DNA from: a virus
IMG/VR virus record: IMGVR_UViG_3300022602_004810
Location: 1-64,000 of that record
Direction: 5' to 3' (one strand)
DNA length: 64,000 nt
The notes under the pieces are model-generated. The model was not told the DNA's origin. It ran no database searches and worked only from the letters and a program-made list of their open reading frames with translations. Positions 47,212-57,329 of the stretch are shown one piece after another. Positions within the stretch are counted from its first letter, which is position 1; each line of letters starts with the position of its first letter. The translations under genes and the position numbers were made by a program.

Positions 47212-48364
47212 GTTTTACGATACTAATATAACCTGCGGTGTTATTATAAAATCCTAGGTTGGTAATGCTTGCACCATTAAATGTGCCGCTTAGATCAAAC
47301 TGTCCGTCGCTGGTTGCCACTGATGTAGCATTAGCATCAATATAACTACCGCCACCGCCGCCTGAGTCAATGGTTGGAGCAATTCCGCCATATGCACCAC
47401 CACCACCTGAGTAGCCACCACCACCGCCCCCAGTGATAGGACCAGATCCACCACCGCCACCAAATCCACCAAAACTTGTGCTAGGTGGTACATAACTAGT
47501 AGAATATATAGCACCGTTTGCGCCAAATTGGAAACTATTACCGCCGCCACCATATGAGCCACCAACAGCCACCTGAGTATTATTTGACCAAGTGGTAGTT
47601 GCTGTTATAAATGAGCCATTGCCTGACCATCCGCCGCCACCACCACCATCGTAGGTGTTGGTACTAGTTGTACCTATGACGTTGACGTGTGTGTTACCGC
47701 CTTGCCCAGCAACACCACCAGGAGCACCAAAGCGTAGAGTGGTTGTAGTAGCACCAAGGTTACCAGCACTGTTACCACCACGACGAGTGGTCACACCATA
47801 GCCACCTGGTAATATATTTGTGTTACTTGTCCAGGCGCCAGGTCCGCCGCCGCCACCTGCTATGATCAGCGGACTAACATTAGCAAAACCTTGAGCTATA
47901 TTGCCTAAGGCGACAAAACTACCACCACCACCACCAGGACTAGAATAGGTACTAGGCTGTGTAGTATTAGCACTAGGTTGTCCTACTACCAGAGTAATTT
48001 TTTGTCCGCGTCGTAGATTAAACACGCCTTGTATTACAGCGCCGCGACCGTGTGCATTACCGTAGGTAGTGTTTCCAGCAAAAGTACTAATCACTCCACT
48101 GCGACTGCCAGCCGCTGTAATACGATACGGACCTGTATGCGGTACTGTCCATACTTGATATCCTTGCCAAGCGCCTGGTACTGTAAAGAAGTTTGTATTA
48201 GTTAACCAAGTATTACCTGCGTTACTGTATGTATTGTATAAATTACCTAGTGTAGGTCCGTATTGTCCTACAATATTTGAGGTAAAGTTAAACATAGAGA
48301 ATGCGTATAGATCAGTTAGATCGTATACAGTACCACCTATAATTGTTCCACCTAATATTATCAT
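47207..48364 (-). CDS. Glycine-rich virion protein
   Basis: GYQVWTVP.TG.Y.ITAAG and many poly-Gly tracts (GGGGGSF, GGGGYSGG). Confidence 0.7.
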   Translation of the reverse strand: MIILGGTIIGGTVYDLTDLYAFSMFNFTSNIVGQYGPTLGNLYNTYSNAGNTWLTNTNFFTVPGAWQGYQVWTVPHTGPYRITAAGSRSGVISTFAGNTTYGNAHGRGAVIQGVFNLRRGQKITLVVGQPSANTTQPSTYSSPGGGGGSFVALGNIAQGFANVSPLIIAGGGGGPGAWTSNTNILPGGYGVTTRRGGNSAGNLGATTTTLRFGAPGGVAGQGGNTHVNVIGTTSTNTYDGGGGGGWSGNGSFITATTTWSNNTQVAVGGSYGGGGNSFQFGANGAIYSTSYVPPSTSFGGFGGGGGSGPITGGGGGGYSGGGGAYGGIAPTIDSGGGGGSYIDANATSVATSDGQFDLSGTFNGASITNLGFYNNTAGYISIVKL

Positions 48365-49086
48365 TATATTCCAAACCTTGAACGAACTGCTTGATAGTTT
48401 TGATTGATCTGTGTATTACCAAAGGCAGTGTTGTAAATGCGGACAACACCTAGTCCACCACCCCAATAATCACCAAGGTCCCAACGACGCATCAACACTA
48501 TACCACTTTGTGAACTGGTAGATGAACCCGTGTAGGCAAGTGTGCTGACCTGCGTATTATTTACAAACAGTTTAATTGTCGTGCCATCATAGGTACCCAC
48601 AATGTGATTCCAAGTATTAGTAGTCAATGAATAAGCTGGAGTAGCATGCCAACTACCGTCCCAGAATCCGTTTTGTAAGCCACCAGAAACATCAACGCCA
48701 AGGCTAAAGTTAATCCTACTAGTAACCCCAGGATACTGTTCTGTGACGATACAAGGATCTGCCCCTGTGTTAGTACCAGTGTAGTAGTGCCATGTTTCCA
48801 CAGTCCAGCTTGGTAAATTACCAAAACTTTGATTTGGACTATAAGCGTATTGACTGCTAGCTGGTACGAAATTAATATATCCACCGTTGTTGGTACTGAA
48901 TGTAGGACTGCCGCTTAGAGTAAATGATAAGCCGTTGACCGTATCACGCCAAGTGGTGTTACCAGAGAAACTACTGGTCAGGCCAGCATCTAAGTTCATC
49001 ACAAGGTTAGCTGTGATATAGCCAATGGTGCTAACAATGTTTATCCCACCACCTATAGTAATTCCTGATCCTATTGTTAATGCCAT
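48364..49086 (-). CDS. LamG/concanavalin A-like lectin domain protein
   Basis: LDAG...TWRD, WNHIVGTYDG, RIYNTA, QNY..RFG. Confidence 0.8.
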   Translation of the reverse strand: MALTIGSGITIGGGINIVSTIGYITANLVMNLDAGLTSSFSGNTTWRDTVNGLSFTLSGSPTFSTNNGGYINFVPASSQYAYSPNQSFGNLPSWTVETWHYYTGTNTGADPCIVTEQYPGVTSRINFSLGVDVSGGLQNGFWDGSWHATPAYSLTTNTWNHIVGTYDGTTIKLFVNNTQVSTLAYTGSSTSSQSGIVLMRRWDLGDYWGGGLGVVRIYNTAFGNTQINQNYQAVRSRFGI

Positions 49087-49087
49087 A

Positions 49088-49828
49088 TTATACACTATAC
49101 CTAAATCGTAATGCGCTGAAATTTTGATTGACTTCTAAAGCTGACAAGGCGCGATTGTAGATCTTCCAAGCACCAATGTAACCATTGAAGTATGGAAAGC
49201 CATTGATACCTATGTAGTCATTACCAGGGAAGCCCATGCTTAAAAACGTACTACCAGGATTGCCTTTTGCGCCATCTGTTGATCCTGCGAATGCCCCATT
49301 GACATAGGTTTTAAGTGTTGGACTAACTGTGACATCATAGGACATCACAATGTGATACCAATTGGTTGATGTCCAACCAGGACCTGTGACATATCCAGTA
49401 TTGTATAGGCCCATATTGATCGTACCGTTGGTAAAGCCCATTTGGTTATCAGTCCAGCCACCGTAATTGTATCCAGGATCCCATTGACCCCATTCTGCTA
49501 TCAGTGTACCTGGTGAGCCCGCACTTAAATTTCGTGCCCATACATCAAATGTAAATGCTGAGTCTAAATCTGCGCCATAACCAACACCACCAACATAGCC
49601 AAAGTATTGACTACTGGCGCTGGCTAATTGTAACACTGTAAATCCGTTGACTTTGGCTGTACTAGGACTATTAAACAAGGTAGCATCATAACCATTACCA
49701 CTGCTGTCAGCAAGAGTACTACCACTGATGCCCGTGGCGGCATCGTAGTTGGCATATAGTCCCGCAGTGACGATATTAAAATGGTCTACTATGTAAGTGC
49801 CTGTGAGTGTTACCCCTTGTATGATCAT
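49088..49828 (-). CDS. LamG/concanavalin A-like lectin domain protein
   Basis: DSSGNG, WYHIVMSYD, KIYNRALS, QNF..RY. Confidence 0.8.
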   Translation of the reverse strand: MIIQGVTLTGTYIVDHFNIVTAGLYANYDAATGISGSTLADSSGNGYDATLFNSPSTAKVNGFTVLQLASASSQYFGYVGGVGYGADLDSAFTFDVWARNLSAGSPGTLIAEWGQWDPGYNYGGWTDNQMGFTNGTINMGLYNTGYVTGPGWTSTNWYHIVMSYDVTVSPTLKTYVNGAFAGSTDGAKGNPGSTFLSMGFPGNDYIGINGFPYFNGYIGAWKIYNRALSALEVNQNFSALRFRYSV

Positions 49829-49831
49829 AAT

Positions 49832-52800
49832 TTACCAGTCAATTCTCAATTGACGCACCCACATTTGAGCAGTGCTGCCGCCTGTGTAGGCCGCTACTCC
49901 ATAGTAGTTACCTGACGGAGTCCAAGTGCCAATATTCACAGCGCCTTGGTATGCTTCATTTAGATATACTTCCAACATACGAGCACCGTTTTGTATTTTA
50001 CGTATTTTCAATGTCAAGTTATAGAAACTTGTATAAGATGCGTTCCAAACAGTGATACCGCTTGGATTATATGAACTAGATCCTTCTAATATAAATGGAA
50101 TGTTAGTCTGTGTGCCGTTAACGTAAACTTCAAATTGATTTGCTCCAGAATAGAAGTGGTTAAAAACTGCTATGCCGCCAAAACTATTAGTATTACCTGG
50201 ATTACCTGAGACCACAGCATTGGCACCAAAATAAATCCATTGTCCGTCAGCACCAGTACCACCACTGGCACCAATACTTGCCGTAATGGTCATGTCATAG
50301 ATATAGTTAACTGTGCTACTGTTCCAGCTGATATAACCGCTTTGTGAAGTAGTAGTGGTAGTTAGTTTCAACCCGTATGCTTGAGTGCTATCCCATGTAG
50401 CATTACCGCCAATGGTACCACTTGGTGTAAATGCTGACAATGCTGAGGTGGTGTTGGCCTGCCAAGTGTCCCACAAGAAACGTGTCTGCGGTCCACTGCT
50501 GCCACCAGCCGTGATGTTACCTGTGTATGAGGCTGTGGTACCATAACTGTTACCATATTGTGTAGCAACTATGCCACCGGCTGTGACGTTACCAGTGTAG
50601 GTAGCTGTTGTACCAACAGTATTGCCAATGAAGTATCCAGTGCCTGAGGTTGATACACTGTTGTTCACAGTCATATTCAAGTTGCCAGCTACAGTCAGCT
50701 GCATCTGAGCACTGCCATTGTTGTAGAAGCTCAATGGCAAGTATGTGCCTGCGCCGTTGATGCCTGATACTAGTTGGACATCTGTTGTACCATTGGTAGC
50801 AATCAAGATCTTACTTGCGGCTGTTAGGTTACCACTGTTGGCCGCTTGCCAACTTGCTGATGTGGCTGTACCACTTGGAACTGCATAGATACCTGGACTG
50901 GCATTGGCCGCTGTAGGAGCAAATATCGTTCTGCTGTTTACAGTAGCATTACTAAAGTCACCCAAGATATAAGAATTAGAAGGGAATATTACATTGCCTG
51001 CCAATGTTAGATTACCGTCGATGCCAAACGTATAGAGGGCTGTACCTGTAAAGGTACCAACCCTGTTAGGACTGTAATTTTGTAGAACAAATGAATTACC
51101 GGCTATGCCTCCTGGCACAGATATAACATCACCATTCTTATATCCAGTACCAGAATTATATATAGTCAAGGTAGAGATGTAACCACCTGTGGCACTATAG
51201 TTTGCTGTCATGCCTGTTCCACTACCACCTATCACTGGTTGGTTAGCGTAAGGAGGGCTGTTGAATCCGCCATTGCTGGTTATACTAGTAGCAATGTTAT
51301 ATTGTCCATTGGCACGTAATGTTAAATTGTAGGTATTAGATCCGATCTGACCGCCAAAGAATACGTTACCAGTGGCAGTAGCAGTAGTTCCTATAGTTAC
51401 AGTAGTTGCGACACCGCCCATGTTGATAGTTGTACCAACACCGTTAAATACAGCTATTGTAGATTGGTTGGTAACCAATCCTGAAGCACTTTGTATAGTT
51501 ACAGGACCACTACTGACAAGCCCAGCATTGTTGTATAGACTCATACCAGCTGTGCTCAATGACATGTATAGACTAGTAGCACCTGTGTATCCTGTAGCGA
51601 CATTGGCAGTTACAGCACCTCCAGTGGCATACCAGTTCAGACTAGTAGGGCCATTTATCAAATCTGCCGCACCAGTTTGTGTATTACGGAAACGCATCAC
51701 ACCATTGGCATCAAAGTAAATGTTATTTCCAATGTGTGTTGCATAACCAAAGGTCGGAACAGCGCCAGAATTGACAATGGCAGTGTTGGCACCTAAGAAC
51801 AATGAAGTTGCGCTGGCTTGTAGATTGGATATAGTGCCAATGTTACTATTAATAAAGGTTGCTGAGCTGTTAGCTAAGAACGTAGCAACTTGTACATTAC
51901 TGTAACTACTGCCACTTGCTGTAGTCTGTGTTGTACCGTCTGGGAATGTTAGTACTCCGCTTACACCAAGTCTAATATTAGCGATATTACCTGAGTAAGT
52001 TGGCAAGTATGTTGCTACTTGAACGTTACTATAACTACCGCCACTGGCTACAATACCAGTTAAGAACGCACCATTACCGTAGAAGTAGCCTGCGGTTTGT
52101 ATGTTACCAGCTGTGAATAATTGTGGAACATTTACATTGCCTAGATTGTCAAAGACTGAAGTGTATACGCCAGCTTGTAAGGTCACATTAGGTTGTAGAC
52201 CTGTTACATTACCTATAACATTAATATTACCAGTTACATAAGTTGCTGTAATATTACCTGTGGTGTTGATTGTAGCTGTGTTCAAATATGTTTGAACAGC
52301 GGTATTACTATAAGCAGTGGTTTGTTGTGAACTATCTGGGAATACTACACCACCTGGTAGACCAAGATAACCACTGTTGCCAAATGTATACTGTACGCTA
52401 CCACCATTGGTATTAATAGCAAACTGATATGGTACTAAGATTTCGCTGTTTAAGCTGTTAACTTCAAAGAACTGTGTGCCGTACGGAAATGCTATACTGC
52501 TAGCGCCAAGTGTTACGTTGCCAATATTGCCAAAGTAAGTAGGCAAGTATGCGGCTACCTGTACATTGCTGTAGTTACTGCTGCTAGCAATACCAGTTAG
52601 TAGCGCACCGTTACCTATGAAGTAACGTGCTGTGACGTTGCCTGCTACTGATACGTTGGCAATATTGCCATACTGTAGATATTGTGCTACATTAGCGTTG
52701 CCATACGCACTACCTGTAGCTGCCGTAGTCATTGTAGTACCATCAGCAAAGGTTAATACTCCACTGGCACCTAAACGAACGTTAGCAATGTTACCACTGT

Positions 52801-55800
52801 ATGTTGGCAAATAGCTGGCCACGTTACTGTTACCATAACTGCTACCACCGCCACCACCTGATGCTACAATACCTGTTAAGAACGCACCGTTACCAAATAG
52901 ATAACCGCCTGTGCTGATATTGCCAAAAGCTGTGATCTGTACTGGATAAGCTGTGTTACCAAATGCCACGTTACCTGTGATGTCGTAGGTAGTTGAGTAG
53001 CTGTTGCTTACTAAAACTACGTTAGGGCTTGTACCGATGATGTTGTTTACCCCAACGTTACCTGTGTGTGTTGGCAAGTAACTAGTTACGTTAGCATTGG
53101 CATAGGCACTGTTAGTGTTTACATAACCGTTGGTAATTAAATATGAAGCTACGTTACTGTTAGCATAGGCACTGTTTGTATTAACATAACCATTTGTAAT
53201 CAGGTAGCTAGCTACGTTACCATTGCCATAACTGCTACCGCCACTGCCAAATGTTGCTAGGTAAGCGGCTACGTTTACGTTTGAATAGTTAGTGTAGCCC
53301 ATAGTCTGTGTATAGGCCGCAGTGTTAACGTTGCTGTAGTTAGTATAACTTGTGCCTGCTAGATACGCGGCTACGTTTACGTTTGAATATAAGTTATAAC
53401 CTTGTGTGTTTAAATAAGCGGCTACGTTTACATTACCATAGTTACTGCCGCTACCTGTTGCAGCAGTGGTCATTGTTGTGCCGTCAGCAAATGTCAGTTG
53501 ACCACTAACCCCTAAACGAATGTTAGCAATATTACCAGTATATGTTGGTAAGTATGTGGCCACTTGTACGTTGCTATATCCAGCTGGTAAACCTGTAAGT
53601 TGGCTACCATTACCAACAAAGTAGTTAGCTGTGATATAGTTAGCACCACTGATGTTACCGCTAGAACCTGTTGTGGTAATATTAGCTACATAGAATGCAC
53701 CACTGGTAAACACATTACCAGCTGTAATATTACCAGTTGTGGTAATAGTAGCCGTAGTCAAGTAGACTGCTACGTTGACGTTTGAATATAAGTTATAACC
53801 TTGTGTGTTTAAGTAAGCGGCTACGTTAACGTTTGAGTAGTTAGTGCCACCACTGCTAGCCACAATACCAGTTAAGAAATAACCATTGCCTACAAAGTAA
53901 GTGGCATTAACGTTGCCCGCAATGTTTACATTGGCACCAGTGATATAAGCACCAGTGTTACCGATTGTTGGCGCATATACCGCACCAGTTGACACATAGT
54001 TAGTTGCGTAAATATAGTTGGCATTGATGTTGCCTGCGCCAACATTACCTGTGTATGTTGGTAAGTATGTGGCCACTTGGACGTTGCTGTAATTACTGCT
54101 AGCGGCTATACCAGTTAAGAGAGCGCCGTTACCAATGAAATACGTAGCTGTTACGTTACCTGCTACTGAGATGTTGGCAATGTTGCCCACTTGTAGATAA
54201 GTTGCTACACGAGCATTACTGTAGAATGTTTGGCTGTTAACGTAGCCTAGCATGCCAACGTTGGCTGAGGTAACGTTAGCTGACCAAGCATAGTTAGCCA
54301 AGTTAGCTGTGGCTGTAGTTAGATAATTGTTAGTCGACAAGTAAGCCGCTACGTTAACGTTTGAATATAAGTTATAACCTTGTGTGTTTAAGTAAGCCGC
54401 TACGTTTACATTGCTGTATTGTGTAGGTAATCCCGTTAGGAACTGTCCACTACCAACAAAATTAACGGCTGTGACGTTACCTGTGGATGTGATGTTACCA
54501 GTTACTTGGAATGCGTTAGCTGATTGATTAAAGCGACCAATTTGATTAGCTGAACCTTGCCCGTTTACTGAGAACACTATGTCTTTGTTTAGAGCTGTTG
54601 ATAGTAATAGGTTACCGCCACCTGTTGTAGGGTTGCCATAGACATACAAGTAGCCATCGCCAGGGTAGTTTAATTCGTTGCCTGCGCCACTTGAGAATTG
54701 GCTGCTGTTGATCCCCATGTCAACGTAACCAACAGTAGCATTACCATTGTCCATGGTAACCACTATGTCACCACTGGCACTAGCACCTGAGTTGATATTT
54801 TGTAGATTTAGTTGGCTGTATCCATTAAAGTTGCTGGCTAGTTCTAATATAGTCTGTGCTTGTATTGAATATCCAGAAGCTATACCACCATATAGTGCAC
54901 CAAAGCCAGCAGAGCCTCCAAAGAACTGTCCAGTGTTACCTGTAACTGTGGTCAACACCTGTGTGACATTACCAATGGCAGTGATGTTACCATAGACTGT
55001 CAAGTTACCACCAATGATAACATTACCGCTGGCACTAATGTTTGAGAAGTAGGCCGCTCCGTGATAAGTTGGCAAGTAACTGGCCACTTGAATGTTGCTG
55101 TATCCCACAGGTAAGCCAGTTAATAAACTACCATTACCTTGGAAATATTGTGCTGTTACGAAACTATTACTGGTGATATTACCAGCAACTATTTCATTGT
55201 GTTGAACTATTTCTGAATTAACTGTGGTAATGTTACCCTGCACTGTTAGGTTACCAATGGTAACCGTGCCTGCTAGATAGTTAGCTAGTGCAACATTACT
55301 AAATGCTGTGGTTTGTATGGTGTTATCTGGGAATGTAAAATTGCCAGCAGTGTCAAATGCCCAATAGGCATCGTGGCCAGGGGTAATAGCTTCAACGTGG
55401 AATCCACCATTGTCAACATAGACCCAGGTGGTTGATCCCGTCCAATCACTATTAGGATCAACTGTGTTAGAATTTGCCGACCATTGCATCTGTACAAAAG
55501 TATTCGATGCTAGATTGATTGCGCCTGCTCCGTTGTCTGGAGCACGTATTAAACCAACATTAGCTAGGTTTAATGCACCATAGGCATCAAGGCTTACTAT
55601 ATTAGTGCCATTAATTAAACTATTAGATGATATATTTGCTACATTAGCATTGATTAGGTTAATTTCGTCTTGTAGAGCTGTGATATTACCTGTAATTGCT
55701 GCAACATTAATAGTAGTAGCGTGACCACCAATGGTAGATCCATCATGAACATATAATGTCCAATCATCAGTGTTAATAATAAGTTCACCAGGAAAACCGA

Positions 55801-55867
55801 CATAGGATCCAATCGCTGCGGTATTGCCTCTTCTAAACTGTAAATGTCTTGGGACTGGATATGCCAT
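49832..55867 (-). CDS. Long tail-fibre-like protein (2011 aa) with C-terminal lectin-like domain
   Basis: N-terminal LQFRRG...GEL...VHDG module; many YSNVNVAAYL and FPDGTTQTTA repeats; C-terminal GADG L-type-lectin-like domain. Confidence 0.8.
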   Translation of the reverse strand: MAYPVPRHLQFRRGNTAAIGSYVGFPGELIINTDDWTLYVHDGSTIGGHATTINVAAITGNITALQDEINLINANVANISSNSLINGTNIVSLDAYGALNLANVGLIRAPDNGAGAINLASNTFVQMQWSANSNTVDPNSDWTGSTTWVYVDNGGFHVEAITPGHDAYWAFDTAGNFTFPDNTIQTTAFSNVALANYLAGTVTIGNLTVQGNITTVNSEIVQHNEIVAGNITSNSFVTAQYFQGNGSLLTGLPVGYSNIQVASYLPTYHGAAYFSNISASGNVIIGGNLTVYGNITAIGNVTQVLTTVTGNTGQFFGGSAGFGALYGGIASGYSIQAQTILELASNFNGYSQLNLQNINSGASASGDIVVTMDNGNATVGYVDMGINSSQFSSGAGNELNYPGDGYLYVYGNPTTGGGNLLLSTALNKDIVFSVNGQGSANQIGRFNQSANAFQVTGNITSTGNVTAVNFVGSGQFLTGLPTQYSNVNVAAYLNTQGYNLYSNVNVAAYLSTNNYLTTATANLANYAWSANVTSANVGMLGYVNSQTFYSNARVATYLQVGNIANISVAGNVTATYFIGNGALLTGIAASSNYSNVQVATYLPTYTGNVGAGNINANYIYATNYVSTGAVYAPTIGNTGAYITGANVNIAGNVNATYFVGNGYFLTGIVASSGGTNYSNVNVAAYLNTQGYNLYSNVNVAVYLTTATITTTGNITAGNVFTSGAFYVANITTTGSSGNISGANYITANYFVGNGSQLTGLPAGYSNVQVATYLPTYTGNIANIRLGVSGQLTFADGTTMTTAATGSGSNYGNVNVAAYLNTQGYNLYSNVNVAAYLAGTSYTNYSNVNTAAYTQTMGYTNYSNVNVAAYLATFGSGGSSYGNGNVASYLITNGYVNTNSAYANSNVASYLITNGYVNTNSAYANANVTSYLPTHTGNVGVNNIIGTSPNVVLVSNSYSTTYDITGNVAFGNTAYPVQITAFGNISTGGYLFGNGAFLTGIVASGGGGGSSYGNSNVASYLPTYSGNIANVRLGASGVLTFADGTTMTTAATGSAYGNANVAQYLQYGNIANVSVAGNVTARYFIGNGALLTGIASSSNYSNVQVAAYLPTYFGNIGNVTLGASSIAFPYGTQFFEVNSLNSEILVPYQFAINTNGGSVQYTFGNSGYLGLPGGVVFPDSSQQTTAYSNTAVQTYLNTATINTTGNITATYVTGNINVIGNVTGLQPNVTLQAGVYTSVFDNLGNVNVPQLFTAGNIQTAGYFYGNGAFLTGIVASGGSYSNVQVATYLPTYSGNIANIRLGVSGVLTFPDGTTQTTASGSSYSNVQVATFLANSSATFINSNIGTISNLQASATSLFLGANTAIVNSGAVPTFGYATHIGNNIYFDANGVMRFRNTQTGAADLINGPTSLNWYATGGAVTANVATGYTGATSLYMSLSTAGMSLYNNAGLVSSGPVTIQSASGLVTNQSTIAVFNGVGTTINMGGVATTVTIGTTATATGNVFFGGQIGSNTYNLTLRANGQYNIATSITSNGGFNSPPYANQPVIGGSGTGMTANYSATGGYISTLTIYNSGTGYKNGDVISVPGGIAGNSFVLQNYSPNRVGTFTGTALYTFGIDGNLTLAGNVIFPSNSYILGDFSNATVNSRTIFAPTAANASPGIYAVPSGTATSASWQAANSGNLTAASKILIATNGTTDVQLVSGINGAGTYLPLSFYNNGSAQMQLTVAGNLNMTVNNSVSTSGTGYFIGNTVGTTATYTGNVTAGGIVATQYGNSYGTTASYTGNITAGGSSGPQTRFLWDTWQANTTSALSAFTPSGTIGGNATWDSTQAYGLKLTTTTTSQSGYISWNSSTVNYIYDMTITASIGASGGTGADGQWIYFGANAVVSGNPGNTNSFGGIAVFNHFYSGANQFEVYVNGTQTNIPFILEGSSSYNPSGITVWNASYTSFYNLTLKIRKIQNGARMLEVYLNEAYQGAVNIGTWTPSGNYYGVAAYTGGSTAQMWVRQLRIDW
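53370..54406 (-). repeat. Three near-identical ~59-bp intragenic direct repeats
   Basis: Copies at about 53370-53428, 53769-53827 and 54348-54406 encode NVAAYLNTQGYNLYSNVNVA. Confidence 0.85.
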
Positions 55868-55868
55868 T

Positions 55869-56369
55869 CTATAAGGTACCTAAATCAACATCACCACTGT
55901 AGTCTGTGGTGCTAGTAGTAAACATGTCTGTGTTGTATGCTGGATTAATATTAAGTTCAGCATAGACTTTAAAATTATCATCACTATAAACAGGAGTATT
56001 AAATGTGCCATCATTGGCTAGGAACGCTAGCTTATATTTGTTTTGTGGAAGTGTATTTAAGAATTCATCTCTGAGCATAATATTAGCCGTTGCCGTAGTA
56101 ACATTGCTGACTGTTACACTTACGTTAGCTACTACATTTCCCTTTAAATAGTCAATAATATAACCTTCAAAGCTCAGGCCTGCAATGTTAGCAGCTTTTT
56201 GATCTTGGTTTTTGAACTTGATAGTTACTGGATTGTCTGCTCCGCGATAGATTTCAATTGGTCTCTGATACACGACACGGTTCCTTATATTTTGTATGTC
56301 AGGGTTCTCATAGTCCAGAAGTTGAACAGTGAAAATATTTTGATATAAATAACTTGTGATTAGTGGCAC
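55869..56369 (-). CDS. Putative virion structural protein
   Basis: VYQRPIEIYRGADN..FKNQDQK; heads the fibre operon; TAAATA at 56391-56396. Confidence 0.6.
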   Translation of the reverse strand: MPLITSYLYQNIFTVQLLDYENPDIQNIRNRVVYQRPIEIYRGADNPVTIKFKNQDQKAANIAGLSFEGYIIDYLKGNVVANVSVTVSNVTTATANIMLRDEFLNTLPQNKYKLAFLANDGTFNTPVYSDDNFKVYAELNINPAYNTDMFTTSTTDYSGDVDLGTL

Positions 56370-56407
56370 TTTTCGTTAATCCCTTTAGTATATTTATCGC
56401 GGTACGT

Positions 56408-56782
56408 ATGGAAGACAATATCAAGCATCTATTAGATCAATACCCATTTTTAAGCTTCGTAACCTACGGCGGAAACGACTATATTGGCATCATTCAGAAT
56501 TCGGACGAATTAATTACAACTATCTATGACTATGCCCTACTTAAAGGCATGGATCAGAAAGAAAAGTTCTTAGATCTAGCTGATCAGTGGTGGTGGGAGA
56601 GTAATAGACTAGTGCCTATTAATGTGTTTTTAAAGCAAGACTGGGTAGAATTCAGGATCTGTTTGAAAACATTCAACAGTAAGGACGTTATAATACAGCA
56701 CGGTCCTTATGTAAGTTTAAAAGAAATAGCCAGTAAACGTAGTAAACGTCGTAGTATTACACTTGTTCGTCGAGTAAATTAA
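56408..56782 (+). CDS. Conserved hypothetical protein
   Basis: ATG 56408; YPFLS, YIGIIQN, WWWESNR.VPIN.FL. Confidence 0.65.
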   Translation: MEDNIKHLLDQYPFLSFVTYGGNDYIGIIQNSDELITTIYDYALLKGMDQKEKFLDLADQWWWESNRLVPINVFLKQDWVEFRICLKTFNSKDVIIQHGPYVSLKEIASKRSKRRSITLVRRVN

Positions 56783-57329
56783 GATTTACCACAACCAATT
56801 GAGCATAAGCAATCGCATGTGCTTTTTTGAAACTGTACTCGCCTTCAACCTTATCCCAAACAGTTTCACTAACTTCCTTCCAAGTCTTACCTATCAAATG
56901 TCGTTTACCCGGACGTATGACAGCCAGGAACATAGCTAGTCTAGGAATAGTATCCACAGCTTCTGGCATCTTAATCAAGGTATCGTAGTGATTGTTGATG
57001 TGAATTAACTGTGAACATATTGCAGGATCATAAAGTTTAGCCCAATCAGGTTCCTTCATTAAGTCAAGCAAGTGATCTTCACTCTTAACCTGCTTGTATA
57101 GATTAACATTAAGAAAGTCTAGTTTAACATATCCGCGACGTTCTGCGTTATTATATTCGATACTGGCTATACCTGAGAATGGATCCACAGGTATCTCTGT
57201 GGCATATACGCCTGTGTTGTGTTTGATCAAATTACCATCACGCATGATACTAGCAGGAGTAACATCAAGTAATGATAATATCTCTTCGCGGTCTGCAAAA
57301 TCGATGTCAATATCACTGGTAAATTTCAT
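56757..57329 (-). CDS. Miniature DNA polymerase III alpha (DnaE)-like protein
   Basis: DIDIDF, KHNTGVY, KLDFL, AVIRPG, YSFKKAHAIAYA in DnaE order. Confidence 0.8.
   Translation of the reverse strand: MKFTSDIDIDFADREEILSLLDVTPASIMRDGNLIKHNTGVYATEIPVDPFSGIASIEYNNAERRGYVKLDFLNVNLYKQVKSEDHLLDLMKEPDWAKLYDPAICSQLIHINNHYDTLIKMPEAVDTIPRLAMFLAVIRPGKRHLIGKTWKEVSETVWDKVEGEYSFKKAHAIAYAQLVVVNLNLLDEQV

Noticed and set aside
53370-54406. Fibre-gene repeats as a diversity-generating retroelement template/variable pair
   Set aside because: No reverse transcriptase in the window, the copies are all intragenic and in frame, and the differences are not adenine-specific.
49832-55867. Dense N-x-T/S sequons as evidence of N-glycosylation
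   Set aside because: GN[IV]T turns are typical of beta-structured fibres, and no oligosaccharyltransferase is visible.
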